Below, piece by piece: positions 47,374 through 56,608 of a stretch of 64,000 bases of DNA. The stretch spans positions 1,952,001 to 2,016,000 of the forward strand of contig OZ252098.1 of the NCBI GenBank assembly GCA_965248355.1. Reading direction: 5' to 3'. The stretch comes from Candidatus Latescibacterota bacterium (lineage in GTDB: Bacteria; Latescibacterota; UBA2968; UBA8231). A program made the translations under genes and the position numbers. A model generated the notes under the pieces. The model was given only the letters and a program-made list of their open reading frames with translations, made no database searches and had not been told where the DNA came from. Position 1 is the stretch's first letter. Every line of letters starts with the position of its first letter.

Positions 47374-49359
47374 CTACTGCTCCACCCGGAGGAAGCCCCG
47401 AGGGTCGCGCAGGTTCTCCCACGAGGTCCGCACCCAGCCCTCGGGAACGGACCCCACGCGGACCCGGGCGTCCGCGAGCTCGCCCGCCAGCCTCGCCGTG
47501 CCTCCGGGCAGGTGCCCCACCGTGAGGGGCACTTCCGCCTCGACCGGGGTCCCTCGCGACGGCGCCTCGTCGACCAGCTCGCCATCGATCCACAGCTCGG
47601 CTCCCCTGTCGACGCGATAGACGCCGGCCACGTGGTGCCATCCCGGCTGCGGCCGGCGGTGGGCCCGCACCGAGACCGGTCCGGCGGCGCAGTTGACGAG
47701 GAAGGAGGCTCCCGGAAGGGAGCCCCCGAGGCCGCCGTTGTGGCCGCAGTCCATCCAGCGCAGCTGGAAGCGAGCGCCGCCGGCGGCCGTGTCCAGGCGC
47801 AGCACCTGTCCGTGGGAGCGGATCTCCCCCGACGGATCGTCCTCGCGCCAGGGCGCCATGTAGAGGAACCGGCCGTCGAAGGCGCCGCCGTTGAAGCCCC
47901 CGGGATTCGGCGGCGCCAGGTCGCTCCCGTCCCCCGCCTGCCAGGAGGCCGGGTCCTCGAAGGGGCGGGACGTGTCATAGCGCAGGGTGCGGGCGTGGAA
48001 CCCGAGTCCCGGATCCTCGCCCTCCCAGAAGGGGATGAAGTACACGAAGCGGCCGTCGAAGGCGGCGCCGTCGTACCCGCGGGTGCGCAGGCCGCCGACG
48101 CCGGACGCCTCGAAGGCCTGCCAGCTGGCGGGGTCGCCGAAGTGGGACTCGCTGTCGTAACGCACCACCGTGGAGTGGGCGTACGGCGTGAAGTAGATCC
48201 AGCGGCCGTCGAAGACGGCGCCGACGCACATGCCGAAGGGGCTCCCCGGCAGCCGGTCGGGGTCGAAGGCCTCCCAGGCGGCCGGGTCGTCGAAGGGACG
48301 GCGCGGATCGTGGCGCAGCACCGCGCCGCCGCTCAGGGGAGCGAAGTAGACGTGCCTCCCGTCATATAGGGCGCCGTCGTAGTTGCCGCAGTTCAGCCCG
48401 CCGGTGGCGCCGGCGTCGTAGACCGCCCAGCTGGCCTCGTCCCGGAAGGGATCGCTGGTGTCGTAGCGCAGCACCCGGCCGTCGGCGCCGGTCTCCTGGT
48501 GATAGCCGGGGGCGAAGTAGGCGTAGCGGCCGTCGAAGGCGCCGCCCTGGCTCGAGATCGCCCCGCCGGCGTCGCGGGCGGACCAGCTCGACGGATCGCC
48601 GAACTCGCCGGCCGTGTCGAAGCGCAGCACCCGCCGGTGCATGTCGGCGCCGTCGGTGCGCGGCACGTAGTAGACGTAGCGGCCGTCGAAGAGGGCGCCG
48701 TAGTAGCCCCGGGTGACCAGGCCCTCCGTGGCCCCCGCGTCGTACCCCTCCCAAGCGGACGGGTCGTCGAAGGGCCGGCGCGTGTCGTAGCGCAGGGCCT
48801 GGCCGTGGCGGCCCTCGTCGTTGCACTGGGGAGCGAAGTAGACGTGGCGCCCGTCGAAGACGGCGCCGAAGAACCCCCGGGTCCGGAGGCCGCCGGTGGA
48901 CCCGGCGTCGCGAGTGGCGAAGCCGGCCACCTCCTCGGCAAAGGCCCACTGGGCGGCGATCACCTGCACCGCCTCGGCCCGCACCTCGTCGGCGGCGAGC
49001 CAGCCCTCGACGACGAAGTCATCCCCGGGCGTCCGGGGGTCGGTCTCCCTGGCGCCGAACAGCGCGAAGTCGGAGAACCCCTCCATGTCGGCCGGGGCGG
49101 CGCCGAGGTCCAGGAACAGGAGGGCATCCCGTCCACGCTCCAGCCGCCGGGCTTCGATCCAGCCCTCGATCCGCCCGGCGGCCCCGTCTGCCGACAGCCG
49201 GTGCGGCAGCTCTCCGGCGGCGTCGCGCACCCGCAGCCCGGCCCCCGGGGCCTCTCGCGCGTCCCGGGGGAGGGTCAGGTCCACGCGGACCGGAAAGCGC
49301 TCGAGATCCCCGTGGACGCGGTCTCCGGCCACTCGCAGCCCGAGGGTCAGGGGTCTCAC
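47374..49359 (-). CDS. Protein with seven GAxFDGRxxYFxP repeats and LamG-like segments
   Basis: Seven imperfect ~50-55 aa repeats; WHHVAGVY...LWIDG...LAGELADARV LamG motif; DUF2341-like N-terminus (DLERFPVRV). Start approximate. Confidence 0.7.
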   Translation of the reverse strand: MRPLTLGLRVAGDRVHGDLERFPVRVDLTLPRDAREAPGAGLRVRDAAGELPHRLSADGAAGRIEGWIEARRLERGRDALLFLDLGAAPADMEGFSDFALFGARETDPRTPGDDFVVEGWLAADEVRAEAVQVIAAQWAFAEEVAGFATRDAGSTGGLRTRGFFGAVFDGRHVYFAPQCNDEGRHGQALRYDTRRPFDDPSAWEGYDAGATEGLVTRGYYGALFDGRYVYYVPRTDGADMHRRVLRFDTAGEFGDPSSWSARDAGGAISSQGGAFDGRYAYFAPGYHQETGADGRVLRYDTSDPFRDEASWAVYDAGATGGLNCGNYDGALYDGRHVYFAPLSGGAVLRHDPRRPFDDPAAWEAFDPDRLPGSPFGMCVGAVFDGRWIYFTPYAHSTVVRYDSESHFGDPASWQAFEASGVGGLRTRGYDGAAFDGRFVYFIPFWEGEDPGLGFHARTLRYDTSRPFEDPASWQAGDGSDLAPPNPGGFNGGAFDGRFLYMAPWREDDPSGEIRSHGQVLRLDTAAGGARFQLRWMDCGHNGGLGGSLPGASFLVNCAAGPVSVRAHRRPQPGWHHVAGVYRVDRGAELWIDGELVDEAPSRGTPVEAEVPLTVGHLPGGTARLAGELADARVRVGSVPEGWVRTSWENLRDPRGFLRVEQ

Positions 49360-49421
49360 CGTAGCCAAGGAGCGGCTCCACTGCGATCTGGATCGCCTGG
49401 CGGAAAAAGCGGGCCCACGGT

Positions 49422-50693
49422 CTAGGACCGCTGCTCCCGCACCGGCCCGTGCTGCAGGCGGGCGTAGAGGTCGGCCCACTCCCGGGAGCCGTCGTCGTCC
49501 CAGATCTCCAGCTTCACGCCCGGCTCCTGGGCGGGGTCGTTGCCGGCCTGACGGAAGTGCGGCCAGCACTGATGCTGCATGTTGGCGAAGTGCACGACGC
49601 GGCCACCCTCCCAGACCACGGAGAGGATGTGACGCGGCACCGGCAACCGGTGCGGGGGCTCCATGGCGTACCGGGCCAGGGCCTCCTCGTCGACCTCGAC
49701 GCCGAGGCCCGGGCCCTCGGGCACCCGCAGGTATCCGCCCCGGATGGTGAGGGGCTCGCGGAGCAGGTCGTCGGTGTAGTTGTTCATGCAGGTGATGGCC
49801 GGCCACTGGGCGAAGTTCAGCACCGAGCCGAGATGAGCGGCGAAAGCGGTCACCAGGCCGACGCCGACCATCTGCAGCCAGAAGGGCTTCTCGAACTCGG
49901 CGGCGAGCTGGCCCTGGCGCAGCGTCGCGGAGACGCCGCCGCCGATGACGAAGCCGTCGCACACCGCTTCGCGGACGGCCGTGGGGAAGGGGGGCGACCC
50001 GAAGTGGAGGGCGATCGGCCTGGCCACCTTGCGGCGCAGCTCCCGCTGGCCCTCCACGTCCCCCTGGTTGATGGGGCCCTCGTAGATGGAGACGCGCTCG
50101 TATCCGTCGAGCCGCTGCAGGACGGGGGCCGCGGTCCCCACGTTGAGGAGCATGCCGTTCCAGTCCAGGTCGAGCCGGTAGTGGCGGGGGGTGACGGCGC
50201 TGACGGCCTCCACCTGCTGGTAGACGTCGATCCATGGCCGGGTCTTGAACTTGTGGAAGATGTAGCCCCCGGCCACCGCGTCCCGGGCCTCCCCGGCCAG
50301 GTCCTCGGGGCTCATCTTGGTGTTCCACCAGGCGATGGGGCACCAGTCGCGCACCTTCGGCAGGTTGAACAGTCTGTAGGCGGGCACCTCCAGGGCCTTG
50401 CCGACCACGTCGTAGAGGGCCATCTGCAGACCGGCGCCCAGGCCGTCGTCGCCCAGCAGCTCGGCGGGGTTGCGGCCGCGCACGCCCTCCAACGACTCGT
50501 CGCTGACCTGTCCCCAGGTGTAGTGCGGCAGGGTCTCGCCGTAGCCGACGCTGCCGTCGTCGGTGGTGACGCGGACGATCTCGACGATCTGCCACTGCCA
50601 GACCAGCAGCGCGTTCCAGCGGCGCACGCGCTCGGTGAAGGGCACGCGCAGGGTGATGCGCTCGACCTCCTCGATGCGCAGGGGGGCGGGCAT
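49422..50693 (-). CDS. Enolase superfamily (mandelate racemase/MLE-like) enzyme, paralog
   Basis: GGAG RBS; VTTDDGSVGYGE, ALYDVVGKALEVP, HKFK, DLDWN, YEGP, VPEGPGLGVEVD. Confidence 0.85.
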   Translation of the reverse strand: MPAPLRIEEVERITLRVPFTERVRRWNALLVWQWQIVEIVRVTTDDGSVGYGETLPHYTWGQVSDESLEGVRGRNPAELLGDDGLGAGLQMALYDVVGKALEVPAYRLFNLPKVRDWCPIAWWNTKMSPEDLAGEARDAVAGGYIFHKFKTRPWIDVYQQVEAVSAVTPRHYRLDLDWNGMLLNVGTAAPVLQRLDGYERVSIYEGPINQGDVEGQRELRRKVARPIALHFGSPPFPTAVREAVCDGFVIGGGVSATLRQGQLAAEFEKPFWLQMVGVGLVTAFAAHLGSVLNFAQWPAITCMNNYTDDLLREPLTIRGGYLRVPEGPGLGVEVDEEALARYAMEPPHRLPVPRHILSVVWEGGRVVHFANMQHQCWPHFRQAGNDPAQEPGVKLEIWDDDGSREWADLYARLQHGPVREQRS

Positions 50694-50840
50694 GGGACTC
50701 TCCGGGCTGAAGGGGTGGACGTCGATAGCTCCCGCCGAGGACCCGGCCGCCGGGGCGGCCGGTGGAGGGGCGCCTCGTCGGCCAAGGTACGGGGCTCCCG
50801 GCCCGGTCACAAGCGGATGCAGGGAGGCCGGTGGGACCGC

Positions 50841-50870
50841 TTGACGATCCTGAGCCACCCCACCTAACCT
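50841..50870 (+). promoter_or_regulatory. Putative sigma70-type promoter for the mrp operon
   Basis: TTGACG-18 nt-TAACCT in the divergent intergenic region. Confidence 0.45.
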
Positions 50871-50951
50871 TTTGTGGATTCTGCACCTCCGCAGATTCCT
50901 CGCCGCATCGCGCCGCCGCCTGCCGCAAGCACCGTCCCGCCGGAGTCGCCT

Positions 50952-51431
50952 TTGGTACGCGCCGTCAGCTTGGGGTTGGTCTCCTTCGTCGTCTGGCTTC
51001 TCTGGTCCGGCCACTACACCTCCCTGCTGCTGGCCTTGGGCGGGGTCTCCTGCCTGCTCGTCCTCTTCCTCACCCGTCGCATGGGCCTGCTCGATGAGGA
51101 GGGGGTGCCGGTCCACCTCACGCCGCGCCTCCTGCTCTACATACCCTGGCTGATCTGGGCCATCGTCCGGGCCAACCTCGACGTGGCCCTGCGCATCCTG
51201 AGCCCCCGTCTGCCCATCGCCCCGCGCCTTCTCCGGATCCGGCCGGGACAGCGGACGGCTCTGGGCCGCGCCATCTACGCCAACTCGATCACCCTGACGC
51301 CGGGAACCCTGACCTGTGATGCCGACGGTGAGGAGTTCACGGTCCACGCCCTGACGCAGGAGGCTGCCGACGACCTGGAGTCAGGCCTCATGGACCGCCG
51401 CGTCCGGCGTCTCGAAGGCGCGACGGACTGA
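50952..51431 (+). CDS. mrpE: Na+/H+ antiporter subunit E
   Basis: GGAG RBS and TTG start; WLLWSG, ANLDVA, ANSITLTPGT, VHAL. Confidence 0.88.
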   Translation: MVRAVSLGLVSFVVWLLWSGHYTSLLLALGGVSCLLVLFLTRRMGLLDEEGVPVHLTPRLLLYIPWLIWAIVRANLDVALRILSPRLPIAPRLLRIRPGQRTALGRAIYANSITLTPGTLTCDADGEEFTVHALTQEAADDLESGLMDRRVRRLEGATD

Positions 51432-51436
51432 GAGCC

Positions 51437-51712
51437 ATGTTTGCCGCCACCATGGCCGCCGTCCTGTTCACCATGCTGCTGGCCCTGGCGCGCACCGCCC
51501 TCGGTCCCACCGTGTACGACCGCGTCCTCGGGGCCAACATGTGCGGCACGAAGACGGTGCTGCTCATCGCCGTCCTCGGTTTCCTCACGGGCCGGCCCGA
51601 GTTCCTCGACCTGGCCCTGATCTACGTCTTCCTCAACTTCATCTCCACCGTGGCGATCCTGAAGTTCGTCCAGTACGGGAGCTTCGGACGCCGGCGGGTG
51701 AGCGGCCCCTGA
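51437..51712 (+). CDS. mrpF: Na+/H+ antiporter subunit F
   Basis: GPTVYDRVL, FLDLALIY..LNFISTVA. Confidence 0.88.
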   Translation: MFAATMAAVLFTMLLALARTALGPTVYDRVLGANMCGTKTVLLIAVLGFLTGRPEFLDLALIYVFLNFISTVAILKFVQYGSFGRRRVSGP

Positions 51713-51714
51713 CG

Positions 51715-52056
51715 ATGGACCTCATCGACCTGGCCAGCTGGGGACTGCTGATGGCGGGGGCCTTCTTCTGTGTCGTCGGAGGGATCGGGCTGCACCGGCT
51801 GCCCGACTTCTTCAGCCGCATGCACGGTGCGGGCCTCACCGACACCCTGGGGGCGGGGCTGGTGCTCGGGGGCCTGATGCTGCAGGCGGGGTGGACGCTG
51901 GTCCTGGTCAAGCTGGTCTTCGTCCTGGCCCTGCTCTGGGTGACCAGTCCCACGGCGGCTCACGCCATCGCCAAGGCGGCCCGCGAGGACGGGCTGGAGC
52001 CTTACACCGGGGAGGCCGAGCCGCACCGGTCCGGTCCGGAGGCCGACTCGCCGTGA
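51715..52056 (+). CDS. mrpG: Na+/H+ antiporter subunit G
   Basis: GIGLHRLPDFFSRMH, TSPTAAHAIAKAA. Confidence 0.88.
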   Translation: MDLIDLASWGLLMAGAFFCVVGGIGLHRLPDFFSRMHGAGLTDTLGAGLVLGGLMLQAGWTLVLVKLVFVLALLWVTSPTAAHAIAKAAREDGLEPYTGEAEPHRSGPEADSP

Positions 52057-52598
52057 CCTGGCTGATCGACCTGAGCCTGCTGCTCTTCCTGGCCGGCATC
52101 GCCGTGGCCGTGGCCCGCCTGCGGGACCTCTTCGCCGTGGTCGTCTTCATGGGCTTCTACAGCCTCGTCTCGGCCGCCCTGTTCACGGTGCTCGACGCCG
52201 TGGACGTGGCCTTCACCGAGGCCGCCGTCGGCGCCGGCGTCTCCACGGTGATCATGCTCGCCACGCTGCTGCTGACCACGAGGCAGGAGAAGCACGGCCA
52301 TCCGACGGTGGTGCCCTTCCTCGTGGTGGTGATCACCGGGGCCGCCCTGGTCTTCGCAACCCTCGACATGCCGCGCTACGGGGATCCCGGGGCTCCCATC
52401 CACGGACACGTGGCGCCGCGCTACATCGAGCGCTCGGGAGATGAGATCGGCGTGCCCAACATGGTCACCTCGGTGCTGGCCAGCTACCGGGGGTACGACA
52501 CCCTCGGCGAGCTGACCGTGATCTTCACCGCCGGCGTCGGTGTCCTGCTGCTCCTGGGCCGGAGCCGGCGGTCCCGGGGGGAGGAGGGCGCCCCGTGA
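52053..52598 (+). CDS. Mrp DUF4040/MrpB-related subunit
   Basis: GTGA overlap; DAVDVAFTEAAVGAG, PNMVTSVLASYRGYDTLGE. Confidence 0.82.
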   Translation: MTWLIDLSLLLFLAGIAVAVARLRDLFAVVVFMGFYSLVSAALFTVLDAVDVAFTEAAVGAGVSTVIMLATLLLTTRQEKHGHPTVVPFLVVVITGAALVFATLDMPRYGDPGAPIHGHVAPRYIERSGDEIGVPNMVTSVLASYRGYDTLGELTVIFTAGVGVLLLLGRSRRSRGEEGAP

Positions 52599-53032
52599 GT
52601 CACCATCTCATCCTCCGCGTCGCGGCCAAGCTCCTCATCCCCTTCATCCTCCTCTTCGCCCTCTACGTGCAGTTCCACGGCGACTACGGCCCCGGAGGCG
52701 GGTTCCAGGCCGGCGTGATCTTCGCCGCCGCCTTCGTGCTCTACGCCCTCGTCTTCGGCGTCGAGGCCGCCCGCCGGATCGTTCCGGCCCGGCTGCTGGA
52801 GGCCGGCGTCGCCGGCGGCGTCCTGCTCTTCGCGGGCACCGGCCTGGCCGGCCTGCTCATGGGAGGCAACTTCCTCGACTACGGCGTCTTCGCGCCCGGC
52901 GATCCCGTGCGGGGCCAGCATCTCGGCATCCTGCTCGTCGAGCTCGGCGTGGGCGTTACGGTGGCCTCGGTGATGATCACCATCTTCGTCTGCTTCGCCG
53001 GACGGAAGGACGACCCGTGCACGTCGGCCTGA
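52595..53032 (+). CDS. mrpB: Na+/H+ antiporter subunit B
   Basis: HGDYGPGGGFQAGV, VELGVG. Confidence 0.88.
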   Translation: MSHHLILRVAAKLLIPFILLFALYVQFHGDYGPGGGFQAGVIFAAAFVLYALVFGVEAARRIVPARLLEAGVAGGVLLFAGTGLAGLLMGGNFLDYGVFAPGDPVRGQHLGILLVELGVGVTVASVMITIFVCFAGRKDDPCTSA

Positions 53033-53364
53033 TCAACTACTGGTCCGTCATCTTCCTGATGATGACCGGCTTCTACATCGTCATGTCGAGCCGCAACCTG
53101 ATCAAGAAGATGGTCGGCCTGAGCCTGTTCCAGACCTCCGTCTTCATCCTCTACATCACCATGGGCAAGATCGCCGGCGGGACGGCGCCGATCCTCGCCG
53201 AGCCGGGCGCCGCCTACTCCAATCCCCTCCCCCACGTGCTCATCCTCACCGCCATCGTCGTCGGCGTCGCCACGACCGCCCTGGGCCTGGCCCTCATCGT
53301 CCGCATCCAGGAGGCCTACGGCACGGTGGAGGAGGACGAGATCCACGCCGCCGACGCCGGGTGA
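53017..53364 (+). CDS. mrpC: Na+/H+ antiporter subunit C
   Basis: NLIKKMVGL, NPLPHVLILTAIVVG. Confidence 0.88.
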   Translation: MHVGLINYWSVIFLMMTGFYIVMSSRNLIKKMVGLSLFQTSVFILYITMGKIAGGTAPILAEPGAAYSNPLPHVLILTAIVVGVATTALGLALIVRIQEAYGTVEEDEIHAADAG

Positions 53365-54848
53365 GCTTCTCCGACCAGCTGCCGATCCTGCAGATCGTCG
53401 TGCCCCTCGCGGCATCGCCGGTCTGCCTGCTCCTGCGCCGCCGGGCCTGGAGCTGGGGCCTGGCCCTGGCCGTGGGCTGGGCGAGTTTCGGCCTGTCGAT
53501 CCAGCTTCTCCACCGGGCCCTTGCGGAGGGCGTCATCGTCTACGCTCTCGGCAGCTGGGAGCCGCCCTGGGGGATCGAGTACCGCGTCGACGTCGTCAAC
53601 GCCTTCGTCATCCTCCTCGTGGCCCTGATCGGGGCCGTGGTCCTGCTCTACACGCCGCGCAGCCTGGCCGCCGAGCTGCACGATACCCGGGGCAACCTGT
53701 TCTACAGCGCCTACCTGCTCTGCCTCACGGGGCTCATGGGCATGGCCATCACCGGAGACGTCTTCAACCTCTTCGTCTTCCTGGAGATCTCCTCGCTCTC
53801 GAGCTACGCGCTGATCGCCCTGGGACGGGACCGGCGCGCCCTCAGCGCCTCCTTCCAGTACCTCGTCATGGGGACGGTGGGGGCCACCTTCTTCGTCATC
53901 GGCATCGGCCTCCTCTACATGATGACGGGCACCCTGAACATGGTCGATCTCGCCCAGCGTCTGCAGCCGGTGATGCACACGCGCACGGTGCTGGCCGCCT
54001 TCGCCTTCCTCACCGTCGGCATCGGCCTCAAGCTGGCCCTCTTCCCTCTGCACCTGTGGCTGCCCAATGCCTACGCCTATGCCCCCTCGGCGGTGACCGC
54101 CCTGCTCGCGGCCACGGCCACCAAGGTGTCGGTCTACGTCTTCCTGCGGTTCTACTACGGCATCTTCGGCACCGCCTTCGCGTTCGATATCCTGGGCGTG
54201 GACGCCCTGCTCGTCGCCCTGGGGCTGGCGGGCGTCCTGGTCGCCTCCCTGGTGGCCCTGTTCCAGAGCAACCTCAAGCGCCTGCTGGCCTGGTCCAGCA
54301 TCGCCCAGGTCGGCTACATGATGGTCGGCGTCGGGCTGGGCTCGGCCACGGGGCTGACGGCGACGCTCGTGCACCTGTTCAACCACGCCGTGACCAAGGG
54401 GGCCCTGTTCCTCGCCGTGGGCTGTATGGTGGCGCGCCTCGGCGCCTGTGAGCTCGAGGACCTGCGCGGCATCGGCCGGCGCATGCCGGTGACCACGGCG
54501 GCCGTCGTCCTCGGCGGGTTGAGCCTGATCGGGGTGCCCCTCACGGCGGGCTTCGTCAGCAAGTGGTACCTCGTGCTCGCCGCCCTCGAGCGCGGCTGGT
54601 GGCCGGTGGCGGTCCTCGTCCTGCTCGGCTCCCTGATCGCCGTCGCCTACGTGTGGCGGGTCGTGGAGACCGCCTACTTCCACCCCGCCGAAGGCCGGAC
54701 CGCCGACGCAGCCGAAGGGCCGGTCTCGATGCTGGTGCCCACCTGGATCCTCGTGGGCGCCACCCTCTGGTTCGGCGTCACCGCCGTCTTCACGGCCGGC
54801 GTCGCCCGCCGCGGGGCGGAGGTGCTCATGGGAGGCCTGGCGCCTTGA
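53361..54848 (+). CDS. mrpD: Na+/H+ antiporter subunit D family protein
   Basis: WEPPWGIEY, TGDVFNLFVFLEI, KLALFPLHLWLPNAY, KRLLAWSSIAQ, GFVSKW. Confidence 0.9.
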   Translation: MSFSDQLPILQIVVPLAASPVCLLLRRRAWSWGLALAVGWASFGLSIQLLHRALAEGVIVYALGSWEPPWGIEYRVDVVNAFVILLVALIGAVVLLYTPRSLAAELHDTRGNLFYSAYLLCLTGLMGMAITGDVFNLFVFLEISSLSSYALIALGRDRRALSASFQYLVMGTVGATFFVIGIGLLYMMTGTLNMVDLAQRLQPVMHTRTVLAAFAFLTVGIGLKLALFPLHLWLPNAYAYAPSAVTALLAATATKVSVYVFLRFYYGIFGTAFAFDILGVDALLVALGLAGVLVASLVALFQSNLKRLLAWSSIAQVGYMMVGVGLGSATGLTATLVHLFNHAVTKGALFLAVGCMVARLGACELEDLRGIGRRMPVTTAAVVLGGLSLIGVPLTAGFVSKWYLVLAALERGWWPVAVLVLLGSLIAVAYVWRVVETAYFHPAEGRTADAAEGPVSMLVPTWILVGATLWFGVTAVFTAGVARRGAEVLMGGLAP

Positions 54849-56338
54849 CCGCCGGGACGGCCATCCTGCTGGCCCTCCTGCTCCCGGTGGCCACGGGGGC
54901 CCTGGTGGCGCTGGCCGGGTCGCGCCCGAACCTCCGGGACGGCCTGAGCCTGGCCGCGGGGGCCGCCACCTTCGCGGCGGTCCTCACCCTGGTCCCCGTC
55001 GTGGGCGCCGGCCAGGTCCCGGAGGTGGTCCTGCTCGAGGTGATGCCGGGCCTCGATCTCGCCTTCCACGCCGAGCCTCTGGGCATGGTCTTCGCGCTCG
55101 TGGCCTCCGGGCTGTGGATCGTCACCAGCCTCTACGCCGTCGGCTACATGCGCGGCCACCACGAGAGCCATCAGACCCGGTTCTTCTTCTTCTTCGCCGT
55201 CGCCATCAGCGCCGCCCTGGGCGTGGCCTTCGCCCGCAACCTGCTGACCCTGTTCATCTTCTACGAGGTCCTCACCCTCTCCACCTATCCCCTGGTCACG
55301 CACGCGCGCACGGCCGAGGCCCGCGCCGGAGGCCGCCTCTACCTGGGGATCCTCATGGGCACCTCGATGGGCTTTCTGCTGCTGGCGGTGGTGTGGACCT
55401 ACGCCGCCGCCGGCACCCTCGACTTCGAGCCCGGGGGCATCCTGCGGGGCAAGGTCGACGGCCCCGCCCTCTACCTGCTCCTGGGGTTGTTCGCCTTCGG
55501 CACCGGCAAGGCGGCGATCATGCCCTTCCACCGCTGGCTGCCCGCGGCCATGGTGGCCCCGGCGCCGGTAAGCGCCCTGCTCCACGCCGTGGCCGTGGTC
55601 AAGGCGGGTGTGTTCACCATCCTCAAGCTCCTCGTCTATCTCTTCGGCCTCGACTACCTCGGCGAGACGGGGGCCAGCGTGTGGCTGATGTACGTGGCCG
55701 GGGCCACGGTGCTCCTGGCCTCCCTGGTGGCCATGACCCGGGACAACCTCAAGGCGAGGCTGGCCTACTCGACCGTGAGCCAGCTCTCCTACATCGTCCT
55801 GGGCGCGGCTCTGGCCACGCCGCTGGCGGTGGTGGGCGGGGCCATGCACATCGTCATGCACGCCTTCGGAAAGATCACCCTGTTCTTCTGCGCCGGCGCC
55901 ATCGACGTGGCCCTCCACAAGACCGAGATCAGCGACATGCGCGGCATCGGACGGCAGATGCCCTTCACCATGTCCGCCTTCCTCGTGGGGGCGTTGTGCG
56001 TCATCGGGCTGCCTCCGCTGGGCGGCCTGTGGAGCAAGTGGTACCTGTTCCTCGGGGCGCTGGAGGCCGGGCAGCTCGTCTTCGTCGCCGTGCTCATGGT
56101 CAGCTCCCTGCTCAACATCGCCTACCTGATTCCCATCCCGGTGCGCGCCTTCTTCGGCCGCCCCGGCGGCGCCGGGGCGGAAGGCACCGAGGAGGACGGC
56201 CGGGGTATCCAGGAGGCCCCGCTGCTGTGCGTCGCACCCCTCGTGCTCACCGCCCTGGGGTGCGTGGTGCTGTTCTTCTGGGCCGGGCCGATCCGCCGCT
56301 TCCTGGCCCCGCTCGCCCCCGGGCTGGCGGGAGACTGA
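54845..56338 (+). CDS. MrpD-like proton-translocating subunit (second)
   Basis: TTGA overlap; FIFYEVLT, KAAIMPFHRWLPAAMVAP, LHAVAVVKAG, RLAYSTVSQLSY. Confidence 0.85.
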   Translation: MTAGTAILLALLLPVATGALVALAGSRPNLRDGLSLAAGAATFAAVLTLVPVVGAGQVPEVVLLEVMPGLDLAFHAEPLGMVFALVASGLWIVTSLYAVGYMRGHHESHQTRFFFFFAVAISAALGVAFARNLLTLFIFYEVLTLSTYPLVTHARTAEARAGGRLYLGILMGTSMGFLLLAVVWTYAAAGTLDFEPGGILRGKVDGPALYLLLGLFAFGTGKAAIMPFHRWLPAAMVAPAPVSALLHAVAVVKAGVFTILKLLVYLFGLDYLGETGASVWLMYVAGATVLLASLVAMTRDNLKARLAYSTVSQLSYIVLGAALATPLAVVGGAMHIVMHAFGKITLFFCAGAIDVALHKTEISDMRGIGRQMPFTMSAFLVGALCVIGLPPLGGLWSKWYLFLGALEAGQLVFVAVLMVSSLLNIAYLIPIPVRAFFGRPGGAGAEGTEEDGRGIQEAPLLCVAPLVLTALGCVVLFFWAGPIRRFLAPLAPGLAGD

Positions 56339-56341
56339 CCG

Positions 56342-56608
56342 ATGGCGGCCTCCGGCAAGCGCCACCTCTTCGACGAACCGCGAAACGTGAAGCGCATCAT
56401 CCGGCTGCTCTTCGCCTGCTGCGCCCTCCTTCTGCTGGTCGACTTCGCCATCCACGGCCACCTGAGCTTCCGGGAGGGCCTCTTCGACACCGAGGGCTGG
56501 TTCGGCTTCTACCCGGTCTACGGGTTCGTCGCCTGCGTGCTGCTGGTGCTGGCGGCGAAGCAGATGCGCAAGTTCCTCATGCGCGGCGAGGACCACTATG
56601 ACCGCTAG
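56342..56608 (+). CDS. Small two-TM membrane protein within the mrp operon
   Basis: GGAG RBS; two hydrophobic helices; GFYPVYGF and MRGEDHYD; overlaps the next gene. Confidence 0.7.
   Translation: MAASGKRHLFDEPRNVKRIIRLLFACCALLLLVDFAIHGHLSFREGLFDTEGWFGFYPVYGFVACVLLVLAAKQMRKFLMRGEDHYDR

Noticed and set aside
47785..48880. Recurrent DNA motif (cggccgtcgaa) as a possible CRISPR or tandem array
   Set aside because: It encodes the FDGR protein repeat; copies are degenerate, in-frame and about 150 nt apart.
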